64,000 nt of DNA from Octopus sinensis (lineage: Eukaryota), in contig NC_043008.1 in assembly GCF_006345805.1 (NCBI RefSeq), positions 56,792,001 to 56,856,000 of the forward strand, written 5' to 3'. A program made the position numbers and the translations under genes. The notes beneath the pieces are model-generated. The model did not search any database, was not told the DNA's origin, and saw only the letters and a list, made by a program, of their open reading frames with translations. This document shows positions 12,141 through 28,461 of this stretch, one piece after another; within the stretch, counting starts at the first letter, position 1; each line of letters opens with the position of its first letter.

Positions 12141-12369
12141 ATACATGAACACAGATGGAGTGTTGAAAAACCGGCAAACGATAAAAAAAATCAGAGACAA
12201 GCAAAGGGGGCATACAAATTATTTCCCGTAGGCCGTAAATTATAAGGCTTAAAAGATAATGATACACCTATTGAATCTGGTGAGAGAGCTCCTTTCTAAT
12301 TCGTCAACAGGAATTTAGACATTAGCTTACAACCGCTGAAAATTTCAGATCTAGAATTCAGCAGAAGTT

Positions 12370-12622
12370 AGATACATACATACATACATACATACATACA
12401 TACATACATACATAATATATACATACATACATACATGCTTATGTACATACATACATAATACATACATACACACACATACATACATACATAGATACATACA
12501 TACATGCATACATACATACATACATACATACATACATACATACATACATACATACATGCATACATACATACATACATACATACATACATACATACATACA
12601 TACATACATACATGCATACATA
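12370..12622. repeat. (TACA)n microsatellite
   Basis: Direct. It is the source of the MYVC-type ORFs. Confidence 0.95.
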
Positions 12623-13739
12623 GTGATTGTCGGCTCCTTGCAGAGCTTCACGTCTTCCTGCATCTGAAAGTGCTGTTTCCGAGCATGGGATCTCAAATGA
12701 CATTTGAGCCCTGAAAGTCGTCTCAGGAGCTGATCACTTACTGCAACAATGTCTCACTTCTGTTTTGGCTGGGTTTTTTTTGGGGGGTAGGGGGCTTGTT
12801 CATTATGAATGTTCAAACTCCGTTTCAATTCGTAATCAAAATCAACATATATCAGTGCATGACATGGCTTTTACTTTGAAATACGGCTACAATCCACCCA
12901 GATCTTTCTATACAGTATTTCTCAACCCAGTTTTACCCACTATGTATGGATTAACCCGAGGCTATAATAATTTAAAGAAATATAATAATTTAAAGAAGAA
13001 ATTGTATGATATAAAGAAACAAATGAGAGTCTATGTTAGCAATTACTATAAAACAAGTTATATTTCAAACGGCGAAAGAAATATTCCATTTCTAAACAAT
13101 AATGGAAGAGTTCAGTATTGATTTAATTTTTATATTTGATATATTGTTGTCGTTGTTGCTGCTGCTGCTTCGTTGCATACATCTCTGATTTAGCATGCAT
13201 ACAATAAAAAGTGATCCTGTTGTTCTCTCATCTTTTATTCAGATGATTTATCGAAAAATATTTAATGTAGAAAAATATTTTTTATATATATATTGCTGTT
13301 ATATCTAGGAAATCGATTGACCACAGAGATGTTACTTTGTTAACAAGAAATAATGTAACTTCAGAGAAAGCATGAGTAATAATATGCAGTAGTTTATGAG
13401 GTTTGCTTTCAACCAAAGGCTAGAGCCAAAGTGATCCAGCCGTGACCCTCCTCTTAGTTGTTTGCTCATAATATATTCAAAAACTACATAATGCAAAAGG
13501 CTATTGTCTAGTTAAGTTCAATATAATTTGAGGGAATTTTGGCACAGGCAATTCTATATAGTTAGGGGATAATAATAATAAAGTGTAAAATTAATTAATC
13601 AATTAATAATTAATAATTTTACTAAGTAGTTCGGTATGTTAAAAGAACCATTAGCGGTAACCTTATAATTTTATAATTATAATTATGATTATAATTATGC
13701 AATTTTGGCATAGTGAGGGGATATATGTATATATATATG

Positions 13740-13922
13740 TTTCTTTATTACCCACAAGGGGGCTAAACCAAGAGGGAACAAACAAGGGCAGACAAACGGA
13801 TTAATCAATTACATCGACCCCTGTGCGTAACTGGTACTTAATTTATCGACCCCGAAAGGATGAAAGGCAAAATCGACCTCGGCGGAATTTGAACTAAGAA
13901 CGTAACAGCAGACGAAATACGG
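13740..13922 (-). mobile_element. SINE family A, 5'-truncated
   Basis: Near-consensus body. Confidence 0.85.
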
Positions 13923-13931
13923 CAGGTCGAA

Positions 13932-13965
<34 letters not shown>

Positions 13966-15738
13966 CCCTTATTATTGCTTTTGAAGTTACTGCTGACTCG
14001 ACTTATTAAGAACGTCTTTTTCAACTATAACAGCTGTAGTTATTGCTTTATAGAGATTCACCTGATATTTGAATGAATTACATTGTTGCAGGTTTGGAGC
14101 AAACTATGTAATGTATGCTGATTGCTCTATTTTCATAGTAGATTACCGTCCCCTTTCACTTCCTCGTTGTGAATGACATTTCTGACCTTTTCTCTTTGAC
14201 TGTTCAGCTGACTGTCCATTCCCACTACAAATCTGTATGGTGTGAAGCGTAGATGCCAGACATAGAGCTGTAACTTCCACTCGATTGATCTGATCACTTT
14301 GTGACATAAGATGTTCCCCAATCAAGTGTTTAAACGCTTTTTGACTTGAAATTCGACGCTCCCACTGGTTAGGTCTGCACATGTCGCAACTCCTCCATCG
14401 CCATAGCGCTTATCTGACTGGAGTTGGTTGTCTTACGAATTGTATAAACGATGCTGTCTCTCTCTCTATTATGGAAAGTTTCCTCGACTTCAGGATTACA
14501 TACGTAGAGAGTAACATAATTATAGCATAGATAATGTTGCTCCCATTATTTCTAATTACAGATTTAATGGTTACTGCGTTACGTCTGTTAACATTATATG
14601 AAGTATATTACATTATAAATCTACTATTTAGCTTCGCAGTACATACTTTAATAACTTTCAAGATATAATAGAATATGTTATTATGTGTAAATATTTCCAC
14701 GACTTTCTGAAGGTGTTTTAATGTAGCAATAATATACTTTGAAACTGACTCAACATTAAATATTCTAATTTCAAAAAAACACGAAGACAAGATACACTAT
14801 GCTTCCATCAGACTAAGAACGTAGAAAACACTACTAGCTTGTTCCTTTGTTGCAAGATACAGTTCAGTGATGTTGTCGGAGTCTCGGGAGTTTGGGAGGT
14901 CTTTTGACATTAGATCAGCTCGACCGGTGGGTCACGCCCGAATTGATCAAGTCCTAATTCCAGTTGCAGGAAAAACAACTGGTCTGCTCTCTTTATCTCA
15001 AGACATGTTGTGACCTTCTCAGTGTCAGGAATAGAATTTATGGTTCTCCTTTTTGCTACTCCAGTAAATTCAAATCCAATCAGAGCTTTGCAATATCAAC
15101 GGCTCAAACACTCCAGCAGCCTACTTAAATCGCCTCATATGGTGTCTGCTAACCTTAGTTTCTGCTCAGCTCTTATAACTCTCGATATTTCGCAACCTTT
15201 CTCTCATGATCCCCCTCCATGGTCAATCCAATAACAATAAACCTCCTTTGAACATTACGAGCATAACACAGATATTATACCTTCATTACTATTATAGTGG
15301 TGTTTGTAATCTGAAAAATGGTGCACCGTAAGTCAGACTAATAATGACTGAACACCGACAGGCAAAGGATGTTATAACAACATACACTACCTGGGACACC
15401 AGTGCTTATCGACCGATATTTAAGCACTTAATGATCAAACGAAACATTTTGTAGATGATCATATATGCACGATTTTCTGACTTTGATATTTAAATGAAGT
15501 ATGTTAAAATTAGTGGAGTGATCAGTGTGTTTGACTCATAATCGTAAAATTGTGGTTTAGGTTCCTGCAACACAGGTTGCCCCGATCACTCGGGGTGGTA
15601 AAAATGAGTATTCTTTTGACAAACCGACATCCTGTAGAGAGGAATATATACATAAGAGAAAGCGGAAAGTGACCATCTATGTATGGCTCGGGATGTTTTG
15701 TTTTCTATTTCATAAAGTCCAACATTAGCTAACCACTG

Positions 15739-15776
<38 letters not shown>

Positions 15777-15935
15777 TAAATAATCTTATGTATTGGCTTA
15801 AGTGTTTCATTGTATGATTTGCCTAATAGTAGTTTTGTCTCTGATTTAATATAATATAATATTTTACAATAAAATTGGATTCAATCCTAAATCTGATTTT
15901 TCCCTGTAAGTTTGGATTTATTCCCTAATATTTAT

Positions 15936-15978
<43 letters not shown>

Positions 15979-15980
15979 CT

Positions 15981-16065
<85 letters not shown>

Positions 16066-16122
16066 GAGAGCGAGAGAAGAGTATCGTAGTTCGAGTGAAG
16101 CATTGTGTATTGTTTGTAAAGA

Positions 16123-16159
16123 ATATCTGAAGAAGGAATATTATTCCGAAATATCATAT
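16123..16159 (+). ncRNA. Minimal type I hammerhead ribozyme motif with canonical core
   Basis: atat-CTGAAGA-a-GGAAT att ATTCC-GAAA-ta-TC-atat. Stem I is ATAT/ATAT and stem II has 5 bp. Helix III is the palindromic ATAT. The predicted cleavage site is after C16155. Confidence 0.7.
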
Positions 16160-16750
16160 CAGACTGTGGATGACTAAATTACAACAGGTATATAGCACAT
16201 TGCCCGTATTATAGTGCATTGTTGTACCATTGAACACTTTTTATTCTTTATATATAGATATGTGTGTGTGTGTCTATGTATGTGATGGTGGTGGCGGTGG
16301 TGGTGGTGGTGGTGGTTGTATTACGGTCGACAAAATAGAAGACATGACGGAGGGTTATCCTCGCAAGTTTAATGTGTGACCGTGTGACCATGTGTGAAAG
16401 GTATAAATTTACTAGTATCGGGGATTGGTAATATCAGTAGAGCATAGTGCAATATACTTTGCAGTATTTACATAGAATATTCAATCAATTTCTCTGCTCT
16501 ATCAAATAAACCTATGTATCCACGATCTTAAGATCCTGGCTCTATTTTTAGCCTGTTGAGCTCACGATAAGTTATTAATCTTGAATCTTGATTCCGGACG
16601 GCAGTTTATGTCCTTTTACAAAGTAATTCATTTGACATTGCTGCAGTATTCAGGGATGAAAATGAGTACCAGCGATGGCTTGGGAACTGGTTAATCGTAC
16701 GATGATTTGGAGTCCGATTTAGAAGGGTGTTTTGCACTCTCAGCGATTCC

Positions 16751-16973
16751 AATACCTATTTCGTTACTACCCACAAGGGGCTAAACACAGAGAGGACAAA
16801 CAAGGACAAACGGATTAAGTCGATTACATCGATCCCAGTGCGTAACTGGTACTTATTTAATCGACCCCGAAAGGATGAAAGGCAAAGTCGACCTCGGCGA
16901 AATTTGAACTCAGAACGTAACGGCAGACGAAATACGGCTACGCATTTTGCCCGGCGTGCTAACGTTTCTGCCA
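16751..16973 (-). mobile_element. SINE family A
   Basis: Near-consensus body, with the 3' end aaataggtatt. Confidence 0.85.
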
Positions 16974-17051
16974 TGAAAAAACCAAAATGATATCCATTCT
17001 AATTGACATAGATCCTCGAGAAACGCTTCAACATATTTTTGATCGACTTAT

Positions 17052-17347
17052 AATGATCGAGTGGAGGTGCATGGTTTAGTGATCAGGGTATTCAGTTTAC
17101 GATTTTAAGGTTGTTAGGTCGATTACCGATGGCAAAAATGTCCCCACAGCTGGCAAAAATGAATTGTACCTGTTCTCCAAACCGGTGACCCTTGTCACAT
17201 TCTGTGTCACGCTGAATCTCCCGGAGAACTACGTTAATGACAAGCGCGTTTGTAAAATTCTCAGAAACTTGCTGGTTAATTTCATGAGTTGGCAGTTCCG
17301 TTGATCGGATCAACTCGAACCTTAGTCGTCGTACGCGACGGAGTACC
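17052..17347 (+). mobile_element. tRNA-derived SINE (family D-related, different 3' body, internally deleted)
   Basis: Head ggaggtgcatggtttagtgatcagggtattc, then cagctggcaaaaatgaattgtacctg...gttccgttgatcggatcaac...cgacggagtacca. Confidence 0.65.
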
Positions 17348-17957
17348 AATAATACTGATCAAAGACGTTATGACAAACGTGCGGCCTAACACTCATGTTA
17401 TAAGTCATTATTGTAGCAAAGTAGCCCCAAATTTATATTGGCATGAGTATTAATCTTGCAACATCATCCGATCTAATAACTGCATGCATGTATTAATGAT
17501 GTTCAAACGTAAAGATTCCTTAGATCTCGTCCAAGCTTTCAATTTTATCATTTATTTCCCTTCAGAACAGTGTTTGAAGTATTAAGAAGTATTTAATAGT
17601 AAGCCTTAAAGCGTTAATATTTAAAGCTCTATAGCGTCTTTTTTCTTTCTATAAGAATGTTTGAAGTTTTAATAAATATTAATAATGCCTCTTATTTGGT
17701 TAAAGCAGTCGATAGAGCCACATTACCAAAACATTATTTTACACATGTCCCTATAGAGAGGATTAGACGTAAGGTAAATTCACATGTGACTGCTCACGAT
17801 ACGATAACGAGAGCTGCTGTGAATTCAGACTTGAAACAAGTTCAAACTAAGCGTAATATTAAAAGGTATACAGTAACCGTATCCGTGATTCACTAAAAAA
17901 AAAGTCACGATGATATGGTTTTAAACAGCGAGCAATCCTCTAATTATGATTAAATTT

Positions 17958-18182
17958 ATAAGAGGGTGTGCTGAAATTTTCCTGACTTTAAGGATATCGT
18001 GAGGGGCTGGCTGGAGGTTGATTCTTCGAGTTCTTTTACAGGTCTTAGAAAACTGCAGAGCCGCTGTAATAAGTGTGTGAGTGTGAATCCGAGAGGGAAA
18101 TATGCTGAATGAAATCATAATTAACTGATCTTCCTGTATTTTCTGTTACCCACAGGCAGGAACTTTTTAGCTTCCCCTCATA
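17958..18182 (+). mobile_element. Mariner-derived miniature element (second copy at about 39035-39232, minus)
   Basis: The ends taagagggtgtgctgaaattttcctg and caggaactttttagcttcccctcata are imperfect TIRs. The interior encodes a transposase C-terminus-like GLRKLQSRCNKCV...GKYAE*. Confidence 0.7.
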
Positions 18183-19149
18183 TATACAAATACTCGAGAA
18201 CACAAACCAATATTAAAGATAATGCTAGCAAAGACATTTTGCTAAATTGTTAGCTTTGAAACTACGTCTTTCAGCGTTCGATCCCACTTTGTATTACAAT
18301 AGGAAAATATCCCTTTCACTAAGACGACGGATCGGGAAATACCGGAGTAATATTTGGTAGACAAAAACTATGTAGAAATTTATTATATTTATTCTTCTTT
18401 GGTATTCTTCAATAAAGTGACTCCCACACGGATCCTACATACCTCGCGCGGACTTGGACTGAGTTTATGATTAAAGAAACCGAAAATACGCTTCAAACAA
18501 TATTGTTTTCTGTGACAGAACCAAAATTAAGTCGCTACATGTATAAAGAAATATTACAGTGCCTGTCTGTCCCTAAACATAAACAGTACACTCCAACTCA
18601 CTAGAAATGCAAGACTACCCTATGATTTTTTTCCCTGGTGGTGGCACTTTTTCCACATGGCCGAAACTGCACTACAATAACAGACTTTCGCCATGAAAAC
18701 TCGAAATATAATTGGGTCTGAATAGCTGATGACTGTCTATAAAACTCATTGGAGATCAATAATGGAGCAGTGCTCCCCAAAATGGCACGGTGTTGATGTT
18801 ACATACGGACGTCCTAGGTTTCATGCAACGAAAAGCCATTTGGTTGACTGACGGGAAGATTCGAAGGGTTCCACGACAAACCTGTAATGAAACAATCGAT
18901 CTAACCATTCAAGGATATACCGTGAATGGATTGCAAGGATTTCAAATGTAAATAAAACCGTCAATGTTTTTGTTTTTCAACGTACACATAAAAGCATAAT
19001 TACGTGTGCCTGTCTGTGTGTGTCTTGACTGGTAATTAATTCGGTTTGGGTTGTCATGTATATCTTTATAAATATGCCGCAAGATATTTCGTTTGCTAAG
19101 CTCTTTGTTTATGCTGTGGAAAATACATTTGTATGTAATTTCAAACCCA

Positions 19150-21549
<2,400 letters not shown>

Positions 21550-21989
21550 CCAGGGACTTTTCAACACTACTTCGTTTAGACACACACACACTCACACAAG
21601 CACACAAACATTTATATAATTTAAAAATAGAATAAAATCTTTATAAGAATTTATCAAGTAGTTAGCATGAAAAACCTCATTAGAGAGAAAATCCACCAAT
21701 TTTTTCAATTAAATATATTTATTTATATTATATAGAAGGCATTACTATACATAACTGCCACAAGCTAAGAAGGACTCTTAAATTCAAAACTACCAAAATA
21801 AATAAACACATCGAACCGAATGCAACTCTCGAAGCAAGCCATTTAAAAACATAATTTAGCTGTAGATCACCGTTATTTCATAATTAGTGCAGTAATGCAA
21901 TTTTTAATCATCAGCACAAGCATAATTCAAGATTTATAACGAATGAACAAAATCAACATACCAGACGAACAACCAATGTATCCAACGTA

Positions 21990-22005
21990 CATATATATAT
22001 ACATA

Positions 22006-22040
<35 letters not shown>

Positions 22041-22098
22041 TTGTATGTATGTATGTATGTATGTATGTATGTATGTATGTATGTATGTATGTATGTAT
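21990..22098. repeat. (TA)n/(TATG)n microsatellite
   Basis: Direct. Confidence 0.95.
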
Positions 22099-23034
22099 AA
22101 AAAACTTTTAGTTTCCGCCGAGCGAATCCCCTCACAAGTTGGTTTCTGTAGCAAAAAAAGCACTTGCCTAACTCGGAGGCATGCGGTTGTAAAGCAGGCT
22201 TCTTACCAGGTATTCATGCCAATATCTCTATGTTATCCATGCAGTGTAATTATGTTTTTTTTTTGTAATGTCCAACTCAATTATTTAAGCCTCCCTTGTT
22301 AATTAATATTTGTCAAATTCTCTTAAATTACTAATGTTCTGGATAAACATTTAAAAGCTATTATCAGAGGACATTTAACTCTGCAGATGTAACATGCGTG
22401 AATAATTACAATATACGTCATTAACAAATATTTATTCGTATATTTCGTGTATATCGATGAGCTAGCGATAGTATTCTCCCTATACCTGCAACTAAAGTCA
22501 AGTAGGCGAAGATATGCTTGGTATTATTTTTTTTTGTATAATTTGTTAGTTTTTACTGAAAATAAACTACTTGGAAACTTCCGATAAACAGTAATGAATA
22601 TACTTGAAGCACAGAATGTCAAAATAATAATTTAAAAAAAAACTATTATAGCCTAATGACTCCTAAGTACACTGACCAATTTGCAGTATTTTAATGTTAG
22701 GTGTACAGTCATTATTTACGGCGGTCTATTATTTTGCGATATTGGAAATATTATAACACCTATAGGGAAACTATTTTAGATTAACTCGGAAATATAATGA
22801 GAATTGTTAGAATTAAAATTTGAAACTTGATGTCGTACTGTCACTGACAGAAATTTTAAATTTTGCATGACAATTGAATATCCTGAAAGGCATTGTACAC
22901 GCCCATCCACAATCACCCACACACACCCATACACACATACACACACATACATACACACACACACACAAATATATACAAACATACATATATATATATAAAT
23001 ATATATATATATCATAAATTGTTGTCTAAATTCT

Positions 23035-23645
23035 GCAAAGATGAAAATAGCAGACATCTCACTTTAAAAGATTTTTTTACCATACCAAAATTATGTAAAG
23101 ATATCTTGAAATACCTAAAGAGTAAATTTATTCGCTAAAATCGCCATTGGTTTCAAGCACAACCTCCTAACGACTTTGGAAACTCCTGCAACTCTTCTGG
23201 ACAGTTTCTTTATTTAAGTTTGTAAATACTGCCATAATCCTAGCCTTCAGTTCATCTTTGGTGTTCAAGGGGTTTTCCTGGTCTCTCGCCCAAATGCACC
23301 CACACAAGATAATCAAGGAGGTAGCATGTGGGAAGTTAGGTGGCCAGATGTTAGTGGTGATAGGATTGCAGAAATTGTCTTACAGCCATGACTGGGTCTC
23401 CTGTTTCTGTGCCATTGTGTAGGGCCCTGTTGCCAGGCATAGGGTCTTCTTGCAACCACCCTCTTCACCCAGCCACCCTCTTCATCCACAGCAGCTCCAC
23501 CTCCTCCAGGCAGCTGATGTAGGCCTCCACTTTCAATCTGAGGCCGTGTGAGAAGACGAATGGAGGCATCATGTCGCCATCACTAGCGATCACTCCAAAT
23601 ACTATGATGTTGACTGGAAAACCTGCTCTTCTTTGCAGTCAGGGC
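23035..23645 (-). mobile_element. Second defective maT/DD37D-type fragment, without the SINE insertion
   Basis: Collinear with 5373-6774. Reads ccattggtttcaagcacaacctcctaacgac across the site where copy 1 carries the SINE. Confidence 0.8.
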
Positions 23646-24330
23646 CTAAAAGCGAACCATTTTTGCATCGTCTGGTTATGTGTGAAGAAAATGGATTCTT
23701 TTCAACAATAGCAAGCTTTCTACACGGTGATTGGATAAAGACGAAGTGCCAAAACAAAATCCAGGAAAAAATATTCACCAAAGAAGGCTAATTGTGTCTG
23801 TTTGGTGATCCAGCGCTGTTGTCATCCATTGAAGCTTCATGAGACCTAGTAAGTCAATTACAGTGGATGGATACATCAACTAAGTGGATAAAATGATGAG
23901 TGAAATTGAAAATTAAACAATCCAGATTGGTCAATAGAGGCAGGCTGATTCTCTTGCAAGACAATGCTCGACCACATGATGTACAAAGAACGCTACACAA
24001 GTTACAGCTACTGAACTTGGAAGTACTCTGTCATCCATCATATTCACCAGACCTTGCACCAACTGGCTATCGTGTTTTGCAGACATTAGAAAACGTTTCG
24101 CAAGGAAAAGATGTCAAATCTGAAGAAGATGCAAAAGCAGCCTTTCGTGATTTCATCATCTCTTGCTCTCCAGAATTTTCGATGCCGGTATAAATATGCT
24201 ATCGATAAAATGGCAAAATTGAGTTGATAATTTAGGTGCATACTGCATTAACTGCATAGCTTTGTGTTGAGATAAAGTAAAATAAACTTTCAGTTCAAAC
24301 TCGGATATTTCATTCTTAATGACCCGATAT
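23645..24330 (+). mobile_element. Mariner (DD34D) transposase catalytic-domain pseudogene with 3' TIR
   Basis: PFLHRLVMC.EKWILFNN..., then RLILLQDNARPH...LEVLCHPSYSPDLAPTGY (ORF 23900-24193). The end is cattcttaatgacccgata-TA. Confidence 0.85.
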
Positions 24331-25682
24331 AAAGGTAGGTATAGGCATTAATATCTTAAAATGTCGTTAAACCTTAGCAGCTTCGTCTAAAAAGCTAGCA
24401 GAATTTATCTGAATATAGCAGATAGTAAGCGCTAAGCAAAACATTTGACCTTATCGAGACAAGCTCAAAGTAGTGGCCGACATCGTCCTACAAATAAAAG
24501 ATGTATTGTACTATTTAAAAGTTAACATTAGTTGTTCATTCAGTCAGTGTATCGTGATAAAGTTAGAGGGGAGAAGTATAGGATTAAAAAAGAAAAAGAA
24601 TCAGAGAACAGACTAACAAAAATGATGTAACGATGATAAAAACAAGAGATGAAAAACAAAAATAGAGGGGGAGGGGGGGAATAGAGGAAGAATAGAGAGG
24701 AAAAATGAAGCAAAGTGTTCACACGGTGTCTGGAAGACAGATCAGCATGAATAAAAACATGAATAAATAAATAAATAAATAAATACGGTATTGAAATAAT
24801 AAAATGTGTGCTATCTTAAAGTTATAAATTTATAAATGTATAAACTTATGAATTTATGAATATACATAGGAATGTAGGATAACAAAACGTGTGGTTATGA
24901 GTTAATTTTCTGTAAAGAACCGTTTTGCTGAAAGGTCAGATCTTACTTGAGAAAGAAAAGCAGAACCGATAAATCAACCGTAATACTTTAATCTAACGAT
25001 TATACCAAAACATTTTCTAATGATTTAAAATTTGGGCGGAAGCGGTAAATTACGAAGTGTTAAAAGAGTTTATAAAAACGATAAGGGTTATTAGAGGTTA
25101 TAGCACTAATCAGTATTAAGAGAGTATATAGAATTATAACACAAAAGATTTGTAATTGCTATGATTACGATGAGTGATGCAATTATTATAAAGATATACC
25201 AATGTTAAAATTAAATTCAAGTTAGCATGTCTGACAAGGCTCCGTGTTACATAGAAATCAACATTCTTTTCTCTTTTGATACCTAGATTTTTGCTGAGAG
25301 TGATACTGTTTCCGCTTTAGCTCCCCTACCCAAACTGTGAAAACAAATACGCAAACTTACTATGAAGAAAGAAGGAGTATAACCCACGTGGGTACATGTA
25401 TGTAGATTACATTTATATACGTTAATTATGACCAAACAGCTGTTATCTAGCGGGCATTCGAATCTTTCGTACAATTACATGTTTTAGATGACGCGATGAT
25501 AGAATTATCCTCGGTTATATAATTTGTAGGATTATGAAGTATATATAATTATCAGGATCATTATCGGCGTTAGACATTTCAACGACACCAATATTAACAC
25601 AGTTACTATTAGATTAATAATAAGTTTCGTTCAACTCTACAGGTGTTCATAACTACGTGTTATCATTATTATTACAATAATT

Positions 25683-25872
25683 TAGCATGCCAGGCGAAAT
25701 CTTAGCAGTATTTCGTCTGTCATTATGTTCTGAGTTCAAATTCAGCCGAGGTCGACTTTGCCTTCCATCCTCTCGGGGTCGATGAATTAAGTACCAGTTG
25801 CGTACTGGGGTCGATCTAATCAACTGGCACCATCCCCCAACATTTCGAGCCTTGTGCCTAGAATAGAAAGAA
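25683..25872 (+). mobile_element. SINE family A (short body)
   Basis: gccaggcgaaatcttagcagtatttcgtc...gagttcaaattc...ccttgtgcctagaatagaaag. Confidence 0.85.
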
Positions 25873-25884
25873 TATTATTACAAG

Positions 25885-26105
25885 GTGGCTGTGTGGTAAG
25901 TAGTTTGCTTACGAACCATATGGTTCCGGGTTCAGTCCCACTGCGTGGCACCTTGGTCATAGCCTCGGGCCGACCAAAGCATTGTGAGTGAATTTGGTAG
26001 ACGGAAACTGAAAGAAGCCCGTCGTATATATGTATATATATATATGTGTGTGCGTGTGTGTGTGTATTATGCAGTTATGCATGTGAGTGTATATGTTTGT
26101 GTGTC

Positions 26106-26181
<76 letters not shown>

Positions 26182-26765
26182 GTGTGTGTGTGTGTGTGCG
26201 TGTATATATATATATATATATATATATTTATCTATAGATCCATATATGTATTTATATGTGTGTGTATATCTCTGTAAGTGTGTGTTTGATGGAGTGTATT
26301 AGCGTTTGTAATATTTCACGTGTTACAGACGCTATAAAAATTTCTGTAAACAGTTTGAAAACAATGATTCCAGAACAAACATATCAATGGAAATCATTAA
26401 AACACGTTATATATATATATGTTCTTTATTCATATATACGTATGTATATATGTTCATCCAAACACACATCAATGCACACGCACACACACTCATCATGCAC
26501 ACACACACACATCAATGCACACGTGCACACATCATGGACGCACACTCACAAACACACGTGTGTGTGTGTCTGTCTCTCTATGTGCGTGCGTACAAGTGCG
26601 TGTAGGTGTGCGCGCTCATGTGTGTGTGTGTGTGTGTGTGCGTGGGTGTGTGTGTGTGTGTATGTGTGTGTGTGTGTGCGTGTGTGTGTGTGTGTGTGTT
26701 TGTGTGTGTGTGTTGTGTGTGTGTGTGTGTGTGCGTTGTGTGTGCGTTGTGTGTGTGTGTGCAAG
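25885..26765 (+). mobile_element. SINE family B 5' half running into about 730 nt of (TA)n/(TG)n/(CA)n microsatellite
   Basis: ggctgtgtggtaagtagtttgct...gaaagaagcccgtcgtata, followed by simple repeats. Confidence 0.8.
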
Positions 26766-27689
26766 GATTTGCGCATTTGTGTCAACATCTTCAGATTTCT
26801 CGACTGATTTTATTAATTTAGCTTTAAACAATTTCCCGAATTTTAAGATATGAGATACTTCGACATTACTTTTTTGCCTACTTCATTCCTGATCATTTTT
26901 CTTCTCAAATTACTTGTTGATATGTAAATTTGCTTTTCGGTTAATGTCAACACAACCTCATATATTTGTTGGAAATATCGAAAGGTAAATGATATTTGGC
27001 AACCAAATCGTTTCCCGTTAGTGTCTTATGACATTCACCTGCGACACAGATATGTTACTTCTTCAAGTATGAATCCTCATGTTCGTATGCCGGAGCAACA
27101 TGTTCCATTTAGATATCTTGCGTGGTTACTTAAGTCCTTTGATGAGTCGACAGGAGATGGAGAGATGCGTTATATAGACATTCTACGACTTGTATATTTA
27201 TACATATTGCGTTACAACAGCTATAAACGTGAACCATGATGTGTTCTTATGTTGTTGTTGTTGTTTTTTGTTTTTGTTGGTTTTTTTTGTCACAGGAAAA
27301 CAACTTGTCCTTCACAACGAAAGTGTGTTCACAGTTCGCAAGACACTCGATTTCTCAGCGCAAGAGACTGTGAGACAGCCATTGTTTCAATATCGCTGTG
27401 TCTCGTCAGCGTAAGGCACTTCCGTCTATCGATTTCGAGAAGAGTTCGATGTCCTTTCTATAACTTCAGCAAACAAGCAAGCTAAAAGCATGATCGTCGA
27501 GCTCATATAGATATATTGGTCTGTAGTGGCTTTGACTGCCGTGACACAAGGAGGTCGAAACAGCGGCTCCTCATAATTCTTTTCGTTAATGAACCGAGTG
27601 TGTGATGAAAACGCATTCATCGGGTAGTAGACGTTGCTCTACTGTGAAGGAAACAACTATTAGCATATTGACTTACTCTTTCTCTTTTA

Positions 27690-28052
27690 CTTTTTTCCTT
27701 GTTTCAGTCAAGTGAGTGTGGCCATGCTGGAGCACCGGCTTTGGTCGAGCAAATTTACCCCGTTATTCTTTGTAAGCCTAGTACTTATTCTATCGGTCAC
27801 TTTTGCCGAACCGCTAAGTTACGGGGACGTAAACAAACCAGCATCGGTTGTCAAGTGATATTGGGGGGGGACAAAGACAAACACACACATACATATATAT
27901 ATACATGTATACGACGAGCTTCTTTCAGTTTCCGTCTACCAAATCCACTCACTAGGCTTTGGTCGGCCAGAGGCTATAGTAGCAGACACGCAGTGGGACT
28001 GAACCCGGAACCATGTGGTTGGTAAGCAAGCTACTTACCACACAGTCACTCC
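27690..28052 (-). mobile_element. SINE family B
   Basis: Near-complete copy with an internal (CA)/(TA) tract. Confidence 0.85.
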
Positions 28053-28232
28053 TACGACTTGGAAACTTTTGGAACATATTAAGAATAGATATCCAAATCA
28101 TCAGCTCAGGACTTTCTCTTTGCTCAACATATGACGGGTTATTAGATATTTGCCTTCGTGAGTGTATGAGCGTGTATGCCTCTGCAGGTTTCCACTCATC
28201 ATCAGGACAATCGCGTTGTTTTGTTACATTTG

Positions 28233-28461
28233 TTTCTTTATTATCCACAAGGGCTAAACACAGAGAGGACAAAGAAGGACAGACGAACGGGTTAAGTCGA
28301 TTACATCGACTCCAGTGCGTAACTGGTACCTATTTTATCGACCCCGAAAGGATGAAAGGCAAAGTCGACCTCGGCGGAATTTGAAATCAGAACGTAATGC
28401 CAGACGAAATACGGCTACGCATTTCGCCCGGCGTGCTAACGGTTCTGCCAGCTCGCCACCC
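28233..28461 (-). mobile_element. SINE family A, full length
   Basis: Head ggtggcgagctggcagaacc plus the long body. Confidence 0.85.

Noticed and set aside
14133-14410. Overlapping minus-strand ORFs (79 and 62 aa) with higher GC
   Set aside because: There is no recognisable motif or splice context; probably an unidentified repeat remnant.
16727-16990. Recurrent ORFs such as ...RNWYLFNRPRKDERQSRPRRNLNSER (also 120-362, 28013-28518, 46531-46731)
   Set aside because: They are open frames within SINE family A copies.
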